A DNA stretch of 43,737 nt, taken from positions 64,001 through 107,737 of the IMG/VR virus record IMGVR_UViG_3300005758_000044. One strand, given 5' to 3'. Origin of the DNA: a virus. Lineage: Duplodnaviria; Heunggongvirae; Uroviricota; Caudoviricetes. Position numbers and translations under genes: made by a program. Below are positions 7,258 to 14,416 of the stretch, in pieces. The notes below the pieces were generated by a model that ran no database searches, was not told the DNA's origin, and saw only the letters and a program-made list of their open reading frames with translations. Positions within the stretch are counted from its first letter, which is position 1. Each line of letters begins with the position of its first letter.

Positions 7258-7421
7258 GGTTTTAGGTTAGTTGAGTCCGATACCTTAGATTAAAAACTCA
7301 ACGGCAGTTTACAAGTTACACGCCAAAAAAAACTTGTCCAGTGATGGGAGATCAATCACCGGTTTTGTGGTTTAACGGCTAAACCACACGGATTTTTTGT
7401 TAGTTCTTTTTGAAATTTAAT

Positions 7422-7498
7422 TGCGGGGTGGAGCAGCCTGGTAGCTCGCTACGCTCATAACGTAGAGGTCGCTGGTTCAAATCCAGCCCCCGCAACCA
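7422..7498 (+). tRNA. tRNA-Met(CAT) with initiator-like body
   Basis: GCGGGGTGGAGCAGCCTGGTAGCTCG 5' half; anticodon stem CTACG/CGTAG lacks the 3 G-C pairs. Confidence 0.9.
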
Positions 7499-7504
7499 AT
7501 TTAT

Positions 7505-7598
7505 GGTCCTGTAGTTTAATCGGTAAAACCCCATACTTATGATATGGTAATCGCTAGATTGGCGTAAATTCTCGGTTCGAATCCGGGCGGGACTACCA
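7505..7598 (+). tRNA. tRNA-Ile(TAT) with ~23-nt variable region
   Basis: CCATA-CTTATGA-TATGG, CTCGG-TTCGAAT-CCGGG, CCA. Confidence 0.75.
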
Positions 7599-7697
7599 CT
7601 TTCAAACACATAGGGACGGGTTCAAGGTCCGTCGCTCTCTCAAATCAATGAGGAGACGTGGTGTAGGTAGGAAGCATAATGAGTTTGATAACAATTT

Positions 7698-7864
7698 GAC
7701 CGTGTAATGGAATTAGACATACGGATGACAGGTAGCATGGAGTACGAGGCTCTGGGTGGTTCCAGAGTACAGTTGAATAAAACCATGTCTGTCAGACGGG
7801 TGCTAGATATAGCCTGACCAGCCTTGAAACTAGTTATAGGTAGCCAATCCTATCACGGTCCACA
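7698..7864 (+). ncRNA. Expanded tRNA-like RNA with large nested insert
   Basis: GACCGTG/CACGGTC acceptor, ATAGG/CCTAT T-like arm, insert with TGACAG/CTGTCA, CATGG/CCATG, CTCTGG/CCAGAG. Confidence 0.5.
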
Positions 7865-7870
7865 ATTTAC

Positions 7871-7954
7871 GGGTATGTGACGGAATGGCAGACGTAGTTG
7901 ACTCAAAATCAACCGCCGAAAGGCGTGGGGGTTCGACTCCCTCCATACCCACCA
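7871..7954 (+). tRNA. tRNA-Leu(CAA), long variable arm
   Basis: GTTGA-CTCAAAA-TCAAC, CCA. Confidence 0.95.
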
Positions 7955-8025
7955 ATTTATATGACAACATGCGAATATACTTCTACTCGTTTTTTATGTA
8001 GGTAAATTCAAGCAATAACGCTTGG

Positions 8026-8421
8026 ATGCCACATGAAAACATGAGAAATCCAAACAAATATTACAGAAACAAAAACGCAAAGAAAAACGCACGCCGTCGT
8101 GCTTTTTCTATTAACGGAGGCGAATTTGCCTATCGAAGCTATATGCCATATTGTTTTTGGCCTGGCTGTAAAGACTATTCACACGAAGAACAATTGAAAG
8201 ATCACATCGAATATATCGAGACTCATTGGGTTCGATCTTTTCTTAATGGTAATCGACGCGGTGCTTTTCACGCACCAAAATGGTTTCGTCAATACATTGA
8301 ACGACGCGAACGTCACATCGTGAATCAAAAAGTTCGGAATGTTTCTAAACTTCACAACGAAGATATTGACGAATACGAGTTTCCAATGTATAAACATAAT
8401 GCTGATTGGGATTGGTTTTGA
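8026..8421 (+). CDS. Basic hypothetical phage protein
   Basis: 131-aa ORF ending ADWDWF. Confidence 0.7.
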   Translation: MPHENMRNPNKYYRNKNAKKNARRRAFSINGGEFAYRSYMPYCFWPGCKDYSHEEQLKDHIEYIETHWVRSFLNGNRRGAFHAPKWFRQYIERRERHIVNQKVRNVSKLHNEDIDEYEFPMYKHNADWDWF

Positions 8422-8425
8422 TGTT

Positions 8426-8512
8426 GCCACCGTGGTGAAATTGGCAGACACATGGGACTTAAAATCCCTCGACCGCAAGGTCATGCCGGTTCAAGTCCGG
8501 CCGGTGGTACCA
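8426..8512 (+). tRNA. tRNA-Leu(TAA), long variable arm
   Basis: GGGA-CTTAAAA-TCCC, CCA. Confidence 0.95.
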
Positions 8513-8522
8513 AATTTCTTAT

Positions 8523-8597
8523 GCCTCATAAACATAGATAGCGATGTGATAGTTTCGTAAACTATAAAGTACAGTGCAAGTCTGTAATGAGGCTCCA
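8523..8597 (+). tRNA. tRNA-Thr(CGT)
   Basis: ATAGT-TTCGTAA-ACTAT, TACAG-TGCAAGT-CTGTA, CCA. Confidence 0.85.
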
Positions 8598-8602
8598 ATT
8601 TT

Positions 8603-8631
8603 GCCCAGAAACTTTGTTTCTGGGTTTTTTT
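8603..8631 (+). terminator. Intrinsic terminator
   Basis: CCCAGAA/TTCTGGG hairpin + T-run. Confidence 0.8.
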
Positions 8632-8691
8632 GTGCATAAGCCAAATGTGTTTTCGATTTATAATTACTATGTATTTGTTCCTACAAAGTGA

Positions 8692-8720
8692 TTGACCTCA
8701 CGGAACTGTTATGGTATAGT
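8692..8720 (+). promoter_or_regulatory. sigma70-like promoter for the OMP gene
   Basis: TTGACC-17-TATAGT with TG extension. Confidence 0.75.
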
Positions 8721-8828
8721 TTAGTCTGAATGTCCGATTGTGTTTTTTGACACTAAGGACGGCAAAGAAATCAATATGTGTTGATGGATTTGTTACAATC
8801 ACTAAAACAAAACGAGAATAAATAAAAT

Positions 8829-9527
8829 ATGAAGAAACTACTAGTAATGCTGACGGCTCTTATTGCTTCCGTCTCTATCCACGCAGCTGACATCGCCAAC
8901 ATTGGTATTGAGGCTGGTTACAACAACCACTATACTGTTAATGGTGTCTCCCGTGCTGAAAACGCTGCATTTGTCGGATTCAATGCTGTCAAGTCACTTA
9001 AGTATGCCGACGTTTATGTTGGCGGCACCCTACTTCCGACTGGCGACGATGATCAGTCTCACTGGGTCGTTGGTCTTGGAAAGACGGTGGACTTCAATAA
9101 GGAATGGTCTGCTCGGTTGACTACCGACGTTACACGTCATCAAGCCGGTGGATTTGGTATTCCTAACTCGACTGAGTTTGGAGTTAAGTTGGCATTGAAT
9201 AATCCATATGTGACACCTTATGTCCGAGGAGCATTCGATATCGATTTGCACCAGAACGGCGTGTTTGTTGGTGCCCAACGTGTTCAGCCGTTGTTTTACG
9301 GTTTTACCGTTACTCCTATTGTCGAGTATGGTTATGTTAATGACTATGAGACTATTAATGTGAAGGGCACTCTCGCTCGTCCATTCACTACTCCTATTGG
9401 AACAGTGACTCCGTTTGTTGAGGTCGGGTGGTTTGATAACAACTTTGACACTGCCAAGTATAATTGGGCAACCCGTGAATTTTCGGGAACAGTTGTTTAC
9501 ACTGCTGGATTGAAGCTTAATTTCTAA
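8829..9527 (+). CDS. Outer-membrane beta-barrel protein with signal peptide
   Basis: Sec signal (..ASVSIHA), amphipathic beta-strands, C-terminal YTAGLKLNF BAM-type motif. Confidence 0.8.
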   Translation: MKKLLVMLTALIASVSIHAADIANIGIEAGYNNHYTVNGVSRAENAAFVGFNAVKSLKYADVYVGGTLLPTGDDDQSHWVVGLGKTVDFNKEWSARLTTDVTRHQAGGFGIPNSTEFGVKLALNNPYVTPYVRGAFDIDLHQNGVFVGAQRVQPLFYGFTVTPIVEYGYVNDYETINVKGTLARPFTTPIGTVTPFVEVGWFDNNFDTAKYNWATREFSGTVVYTAGLKLNF

Positions 9528-9541
9528 TCTGAAAAATTAGG

Positions 9542-9590
9542 TTGACTCAAACCGACAGCAGTGGTAAAACATTGCTGTCGGTATTTTTTT
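9542..9590 (+). terminator. Intrinsic terminator overlapping a sigma70-like promoter
   Basis: ACCGACAGCA/TGCTGTCGGT + T7; TTGACT-17-TAAAAC within the same bases. Confidence 0.75.
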
Positions 9591-9606
9591 GTAAGGAGAT
9601 AACTAT

Positions 9607-9843
9607 ATGGCACATTTTATCAAGTTAAACGTGTTGGATCCGTCGCACGATGTTAATAGTAACAAACGAGAATACATTCCACAATTGATTAACCTAGATA
9701 TGGTAGTATCTGTTGAACCGTCTAAAGTTCACAGTTTGGTTTTTGTAAAAAACAACCAACAACCAATCAGGGTTAAAGAGTCGTTGGATGAAATTCTTTC
9801 TCTTAGTAAGAACTGTAACGAAAAAACAAAGATCAATGGATAA
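9607..9843 (+). CDS. Small FlbD/SwrD-like protein
   Basis: FIKL...INLDMVVSVE...IRVKESLDEIL pattern; SD AAGGAG. Confidence 0.5.
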   Translation: MAHFIKLNVLDPSHDVNSNKREYIPQLINLDMVVSVEPSKVHSLVFVKNNQQPIRVKESLDEILSLSKNCNEKTKING

Positions 9844-9849
9844 AGGTTT

Positions 9850-9872
9850 TCCGCCCACCGGGCGGATTTTTT
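9850..9872 (+). terminator. Intrinsic terminator
   Basis: TCCGCCC/GGGCGGA + T-run. Confidence 0.75.
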
Positions 9873-9939
9873 ATGATCGGGTGTAATACAATTTGTATGA
9901 TAAATGTATGCGTGAATTTTTTCCGGAAATATAATTGAG

Positions 9940-10569
9940 TCACCATATCCATCCGATTTGATATTCGTCGAAATATGGGCTTTTGTTTATATGGTTCATA
10001 TAATCGTTGATATATTTCCCTTTACCTTTTCCATGATCATTATCATCTACAACAATTAGTGTTCCCTTTTTAATTTTTGGAAATATTGCTAATAGTTCTT
10101 TAAAATGATGTAACGAACTATTATGCGGATTATTCCAATCCACATCATACGAATCTAAGTACAAAAAATCAACTAAGGGAAATGTAGGAGAGTTGCTAAA
10201 ATTATGAAGCGTAGTTACGCTATCGGCACAAATAACTGTTGATTTGGAAGACAACATTGGTTTGGTTAATTCACACGCGTCATGGTTTATATCAATTGTG
10301 GTAAACGAACCAGACCGTTTAAAAAAGTGTAGGTATTCATCGATCAATAACGTACTATGACCATCACCCGTATAATTGTTAATAGATCGACTAATACCAG
10401 TTTCAATGATCACTGGGTTTGGAATCGTATCTAAATACCCAAATATTTTTTTGAACGTACTAAATCGATGTGACAACCCTGTGTATATTTCAAAATACTC
10501 AGAATGTCGTTTTGAAGAATTGTTAATGGTTGATTGTTGTTGCTTTTTATAGTCATCGAAATATGCCAT
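9940..10569 (-). CDS. Class I SAM-dependent methyltransferase (Methyltransf_24-like)
   Basis: IIETG, TTIDIN, ICADSV, FLYLDSYD, IVVDDN motifs; only credible minus-strand gene. Confidence 0.8.
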   Translation of the reverse strand: MAYFDDYKKQQQSTINNSSKRHSEYFEIYTGLSHRFSTFKKIFGYLDTIPNPVIIETGISRSINNYTGDGHSTLLIDEYLHFFKRSGSFTTIDINHDACELTKPMLSSKSTVICADSVTTLHNFSNSPTFPLVDFLYLDSYDVDWNNPHNSSLHHFKELLAIFPKIKKGTLIVVDDNDHGKGKGKYINDYMNHINKSPYFDEYQIGWIW

Positions 10570-10627
10570 GATTTAATATATCATTAAAAAAATCGAATTG
10601 ATTGTTTTATTTACTACTTAAAATTGC

Positions 10628-11560
10628 ATGAAATCTAACTCAAAAATTTACGTTGCTGGACATAATGGTATGGTAGGCTCTGCCATCTGGAGATCATTAT
10701 TATCGAAAGGATATGACAATTTGATGGGAGCATCCAGTAGGGATTTGGATTTGAAAGATCAGCAAAAGGTCAACAATTTTTTTGAAATCACAAATCCGGA
10801 GTATGTTGTGGTTGCTGCTGCAAAAGTTGGTGGTATTGTTGCCAACAGTACATATCCAGCGGAATTTATTTACAACAACCTTCAGATTCAAAACAACTTA
10901 ATTGAATCATCTCGACGATATGGTGTAAAAAAATTGTTGTTTTTGGGAAGCAGTTGTATCTATCCTAAGTATGCTCCACAGCCGATTCGTGAAGAACATT
11001 TGTTGACAGGCACTCTTGAACCTACAAATGAATGGTATGCTCTGGCAAAAATTGCAGGAATCAAGATGTGTCAGGCATATCGCAAACAATACGGGTGTAA
11101 CTTCATAAGTGCTATGCCGTGTAACTTGTATGGAGAACGTGATAATTTCGATTTGAATACTTCACATGTTTTGCCAGCGTTGATTCGAAAGTTTCACGAA
11201 GCCAAAGTCTACAACAAGCCACAAGTCGTTTGCTGGGGAACGGGTACGCCTATGAGAGAGTTCCTTTACGTAGATGATTTGGCGGACGCCTGTGTATTTT
11301 TGTTAGAGAGTTACGATGAAGATCAACACATCAATGTTGGATTCGGTGAAGACATTACAATCAAACAAGCAGTTGAAACCGTCCGTGATGTTGTTGGTTA
11401 TGAAGGAGAAATTGTATGGGACACTACAAAGCCAGATGGAACGCCACGAAAGATAATGGATAGCACAAGAATTCAAAACATGGGGTGGAAACCAAAAGTT
11501 CAGTTACGAGAGGGATTGGAAAAAACTTACTATTGGTTCAAAAATTCTGTACGTTTTTGA
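10628..11560 (+). CDS. fcl: GDP-L-fucose synthase
   Basis: AGHNGMVGS, AAKVGGI, FLGSSCIYP, LEPTNEWYALAK, PCNLYG, WGTGTPMREFLYVDD. Confidence 0.97.
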   Translation: MKSNSKIYVAGHNGMVGSAIWRSLLSKGYDNLMGASSRDLDLKDQQKVNNFFEITNPEYVVVAAAKVGGIVANSTYPAEFIYNNLQIQNNLIESSRRYGVKKLLFLGSSCIYPKYAPQPIREEHLLTGTLEPTNEWYALAKIAGIKMCQAYRKQYGCNFISAMPCNLYGERDNFDLNTSHVLPALIRKFHEAKVYNKPQVVCWGTGTPMREFLYVDDLADACVFLLESYDEDQHINVGFGEDITIKQAVETVRDVVGYEGEIVWDTTKPDGTPRKIMDSTRIQNMGWKPKVQLREGLEKTYYWFKNSVRF

Positions 11561-11576
11561 AATTTGCCAATATGTA

Positions 11577-11606
11577 TTGACAGAATGAAGAATCAATCCG
11601 TACAGT
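11577..11606 (+). promoter_or_regulatory. sigma70-like promoter
   Basis: TTGACA-18-TACAGT. Confidence 0.5.
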
Positions 11607-11611
11607 CAAGT

Positions 11612-11727
11612 GTAGTCGCCGGACAATCAAGTCCAGCGCTATTGCCTAGCTTAAGCTAGAACTGACTAACGGTAAATTTGCTAAAGAACAAACCGTTGGT
11701 CCACAAAACCAACGGTTTTTTGTTTTT
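11612..11727 (+). ncRNA. Candidate stand-alone sRNA (3-way junction + terminator)
   Basis: TAGTC/GACTA, GGAC/GTCC, CTAGC/GCTAG, then AAACCGTTGG/CCAACGGTTT + T-run. Confidence 0.5.
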
Positions 11728-11736
11728 GAGCAAGGC

Positions 11737-11764
11737 TTGACTTTTCAAAGAGACGTGGTATAGT
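11737..11764 (+). promoter_or_regulatory. sigma70-like promoter
   Basis: TTGACT-16-TATAGT with TG extension. Confidence 0.7.
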
Positions 11765-11788
11765 GAATGGACAATAAAGAACGACAAT

Positions 11789-11953
11789 ATGGAAAACGAC
11801 ATTGACAATACAACGCAGTTGGATTACCTTAGAAACAAGATGTTGAATGAACGGTATCCAACATACCAATACTACATGGCAATTAAGCAAGTTGCTGATA
11901 GTATTTTTCCTGAACCGGAATACAAGTATTTGAAATTGTTGAATATTGAGTAA
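11789..11953 (+). CDS. 54-aa hypothetical protein (not in ORF track)
   Basis: MENDIDNTTQLDYLRNKMLNERYPTYQYYMAIKQVADSIFPEPEYKYLKLLNIE. Confidence 0.55.
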   Translation: MENDIDNTTQLDYLRNKMLNERYPTYQYYMAIKQVADSIFPEPEYKYLKLLNIE

Positions 11954-12072
11954 AAAAATTTTGGGCTTGAAACTCTATCTGGTGTGCCCTTCGTAAGATA
12001 AAACACTTGATCGGTCAACTGGTGTTATCCTAGTAGAGAACCAGTATGGCGATAAATTGGTACAAATTTAAC

Positions 12073-12147
12073 GGGCGGTTAGCTCAGTGGAAGAGCAGAT
12101 CCTTTACACGGATAAGGTCAGAGGTTCAAATCCTTTACCGCCTACCA
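12073..12147 (+). tRNA. tRNA-Val(TAC)
   Basis: ATCC-TTTACAC-GGAT, canonical arms, CCA. Confidence 0.95.
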
Positions 12148-12154
12148 TTTTTAT

Positions 12155-12232
12155 CGGAGTGTAGCTCAACTTGGCTAGAGCGCTTGCTTTGGGAGCAAGA
12201 AGTTGCAGGTTCAAATCCTGTCACTCCGACCA
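12155..12232 (+). tRNA. tRNA-Pro(TGG)
   Basis: CTTGC-TTTGGGA-GCAAG, CCA. Confidence 0.95.
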
Positions 12233-12238
12233 TTTTAC

Positions 12239-12316
12239 GGTGATATAGACCAACTGGAAGGAGTCGTTACTTTGAGAGAGTAAATAGTGCAGGTTCGAAT
12301 CCTGTTATCACCACCA
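12239..12316 (+). tRNA. tRNA with Leu(GAG) anticodon, short variable loop
   Basis: TTACT-TTGAGAG-AGTAA, 5-nt variable region. Confidence 0.8.
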
Positions 12317-12319
12317 ATT

Positions 12320-12403
12320 CGGCATATGATGTAATAGAAGCCATGCGAGTCTTAGAAGCTCGTGGAGAAATCCGTGGGGGTGCAAGTCCCTCTATGCCGA
12401 CCA
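12320..12403 (+). tRNA. tRNA-Leu(TAG), long variable arm
   Basis: CGAGT-CTTAGAA-GCTCG, CCA. Confidence 0.85.
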
Positions 12404-12410
12404 ATTTAAT

Positions 12411-12488
12411 GGCTACGTAGACCAACCGGAAGGAGTCGTCTATCTCAAAAATAGAATAGTGCTGGTTCGAATCCAGTCGTAGCTACCA
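12411..12488 (+). tRNA. tRNA with Leu(CAA) anticodon, short variable loop
   Basis: TCTAT-CTCAAAA-ATAGA, 5-nt variable region. Confidence 0.8.
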
Positions 12489-12497
12489 ATTTATAAT

Positions 12498-12582
12498 GGG
12501 TGTGTGGACACGGCGAAACTGGAAGAAGCGTCTCATTTAAAACGAGAAGTCCTTGTGAGTTCGAATCTCACCACACCTACCA
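12498..12582 (+). tRNA. tRNA with Leu(TAA) anticodon, short variable loop, enlarged D region
   Basis: TCTC-ATTTAAAAC-GAGA, GTGAG-TTCGAAT-CTCAC, CCA. Confidence 0.7.
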
Positions 12583-12588
12583 ATTTAT

Positions 12589-12664
12589 GGGCTGGCATGT
12601 TCTAAGGGAGCGAGACTGTTTTGCAAACAATCTGTTGTGAGTTCGATTCTCATCTGGTCCACCA
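12589..12664 (+). tRNA. tRNA-Ala(TGC)
   Basis: G3.U70, loop TTTGCAA, CCA. Confidence 0.8.
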
Positions 12665-12784
12665 ATTTTTTTGCTAGTTTGAACGTAACCACATATTCAT
12701 GTGGACGAGGGGACGACCCCGCTTAGACGCACTAAGAAGATTTGTTCTTAGTGGTAAGACGGCTTCAAACGGTACACATTTTAT

Positions 12785-12874
12785 GGAAGGGTGGCTGAGT
12801 GGCTTAAGGCGTCGGTCTTGAAAACCGAAGGGGCCTCAAAACCTCCGGGGGTTCGAATCCCTCTCCTTCCTCCA
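12785..12874 (+). tRNA. tRNA-Ser(TGA)
   Basis: TCGGT-CTTGAAA-ACCGA, long variable arm. Confidence 0.95.
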
Positions 12875-12880
12875 ATTTAT

Positions 12881-12974
12881 GGATGGTAGACGAATAGTTA
12901 GTTAGTCGTATCTGTTTGCTAAACAGACGTGGCCTAAAAAACCACTGTGGGGGCAGCACCCACATCATCCGCCA
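12881..12974 (+). tRNA. tRNA-Ser(GCT), T-loop GGCAGCA
   Basis: TCTGT-TTGCTAA-ACAGA, long arm, G-CCA. Confidence 0.85.
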
Positions 12975-12980
12975 ATTTGT

Positions 12981-13067
12981 GGAACATAAACCGGACAGCC
13001 GTGCCGGAACTGATTCGAAATCAGATTGCACTATGTGTGTGGGGTTGAAGTCCTCTGTGTTCCGCCA
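12981..13067 (+). tRNA. tRNA-Ser(CGA)
   Basis: CTGA-TTCGAAA-TCAG, long arm, G-CCA. Confidence 0.8.
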
Positions 13068-13069
13068 AT

Positions 13070-13157
13070 GGAGAGTAAACCAGTTAGGTACTGGGGTTGA
13101 TTGGAAATCAGCACGCACCTTGAAAGGTGTGAGTTTCGAATACTCTGCTCTCCTCCA
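13070..13157 (+). tRNA. tRNA-Ser(GGA)
   Basis: GTTGA-TTGGAAA-TCAGC, long arm, CCA. Confidence 0.8.
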
Positions 13158-13173
13158 TTTAATAACACTCCAC

Positions 13174-13202
13174 TTGACATTGGAACCGAGAACTGATAGA
13201 TT
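13174..13202 (+). promoter_or_regulatory. sigma70-like promoter
   Basis: TTGACA-17-TAGATT. Confidence 0.7.
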
Positions 13203-13246
13203 GATATCGTTCCTTGAAGAAATCGGAGATTGTCAAAAGATTTTAT

Positions 13247-13338
13247 GGTGAGGTGTCTGAGTGGTCTAAAGAGACAGTTTGCTAAACTGTTGTACGGTTA
13301 ACCCCGTACCGAGGGTTCGAATCCCTCCCTCACCGCCA
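13247..13338 (+). tRNA. tRNA-Ser(GCT), second copy
   Basis: ACAGT-TTGCTAA-ACTGT, canonical arms. Confidence 0.95.
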
Positions 13339-13343
13339 ATTTT

Positions 13344-13417
13344 GCGGGTATAGCTCAATGGTAGAGTGTCAGTCTTCCAAACTGATTATGCGGGTTCAAT
13401 TCCCGCTACCCGCTCCA
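13344..13417 (+). tRNA. tRNA-Gly(TCC)
   Basis: TCAGT-CTTCCAA-ACTGA, U73-CCA. Confidence 0.95.
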
Positions 13418-13427
13418 AGTTTATGAC

Positions 13428-13501
13428 TGGGGATTTGCATAATGGTAGTGCAGGAGACTTTGGATCTCTTAGTGAAGGTTCGATTCCTTCATCCCCTGCC
13501 A
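13428..13501 (+). tRNA. tRNA-Gln(TTG)
   Basis: GGAGA-CTTTGGA-TCTCT, G73-CCA. Confidence 0.9.
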
Positions 13502-13749
13502 ACATTTATATATGTCAGTTAAGGGTCTAACTTTAGAGAAATTGTAACTAGTGATCATATGTTACAAAAGTAAATTCTAGTTGTCGAAAGGCACGTTGAT
13601 CAAACACTGACTGAAATTTTGTTACGATAGATACATGGTAAACACAGTTAAGTGTTCGTGGAATCAAAATAATCGTCTAATAAATATAGGACGATAAATA
13701 CCACCAAGATCGCATGTCGCTATAGCAAACTTTATCGTAACGTTTTTAT

Positions 13750-13825
13750 CGGAGTGTAATGTCAAAAGTAGACGGCCTGTTTTGGAGACAGGAGGTTGAG
13801 ATTGCGAAATTCTCCACTCCGACCA
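13750..13825 (+). tRNA. tRNA-Pro(TGG), atypical T-arm
   Basis: CCTGT-TTTGGAG-ACAGG, CGGAGTG/CACTCCG, CCA. Confidence 0.75.
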
Positions 13826-13875
13826 TTTTAATTTGTCTCGCCGAAAATAACGGTTGCATATCTACCAAGTAAAAT

Positions 13876-13951
13876 CGGGCGTGAGGAAGATAGCTAATCC
13901 GCGCCGTTTGGGACGGCGAGACACCGGGAGCAATACCCGGACGCCCGACCA
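13876..13951 (+). tRNA. tRNA-Pro(TGG), T-loop AGCAATA
   Basis: CGCCG-TTTGGGA-CGGCG, CGGGCGT/ACGCCCG, CCA. Confidence 0.8.
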
Positions 13952-13956
13952 TTTAT

Positions 13957-14030
13957 TGGGGTTTAGTATAAAAGTATTATGGCTCGCTTTGAACGAGAGG
14001 ACGGTGGAGCATTACCATCAACCCCAGCCA
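13957..14030 (+). tRNA. tRNA-Gln(TTG), T-loop AGCATTA
   Basis: CTCG-CTTTGAA-CGAG, TGGGGTT/AACCCCA, G-CCA. Confidence 0.85.
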
Positions 14031-14040
14031 AATTAATAAT

Positions 14041-14144
14041 CAGCGTGTAGACCAACATTAAAGAGTCAATTCCCACAAGGGAACAATGAGTGTGGCTTGA
14101 AAGAGATGTCTATGTGACAGGTGAAAATCCCACTACGCTGACCA
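14041..14144 (+). ncRNA. tRNA-like RNA with collapsed anticodon loop and 25-nt insert in the T-stem
   Basis: CAGCGTG/TACGCTG + A-CCA; TTCCC-ACAA-GGGAA; GTGG[insert]G-TGAAAAT-CCCAC. Confidence 0.55.
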
Positions 14145-14186
14145 TTTATTTAAAATCAAAACTATTTATTGCGTAGGAGTTCAATT

Positions 14187-14411
14187 ATGAATATCAAAAA
14201 CGCAATAAAAATGTTTGTAGTCACAAATTTATGTTTGTTGACATTAACCGCTGCCGGATTTCAAACGGAAAAATCAATTGAGACGTATAGAAAAAATTAT
14301 ACATCGTTGGTTTCTAAATGGAAGAAAGAAAAAAACGTTGAAAAGAAGAAAATTCTTCGTCAACAAATTGAACAGTTGAAAGAAAACAATGTTCATCTGT
14401 TCAAAAAGTAA
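14187..14411 (+). CDS. Small exported/membrane hypothetical protein
   Basis: Hydrophobic N-terminus, basic C-terminus; ATG 14187. Confidence 0.6.
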   Translation: MNIKNAIKMFVVTNLCLLTLTAAGFQTEKSIETYRKNYTSLVSKWKKEKNVEKKKILRQQIEQLKENNVHLFKK

Positions 14412-14416
14412 TTTAT

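Noticed and set aside
11963-12069. tRNA-Sec or tRNA-His
   Set aside because: No TCA/GTG anticodon arm, T-arm or CCA end can be fitted
13835-13866. tRNA remnant ending TACCA
   Set aside because: Too short; only a CCG/CGG hairpin, no acceptor pairing
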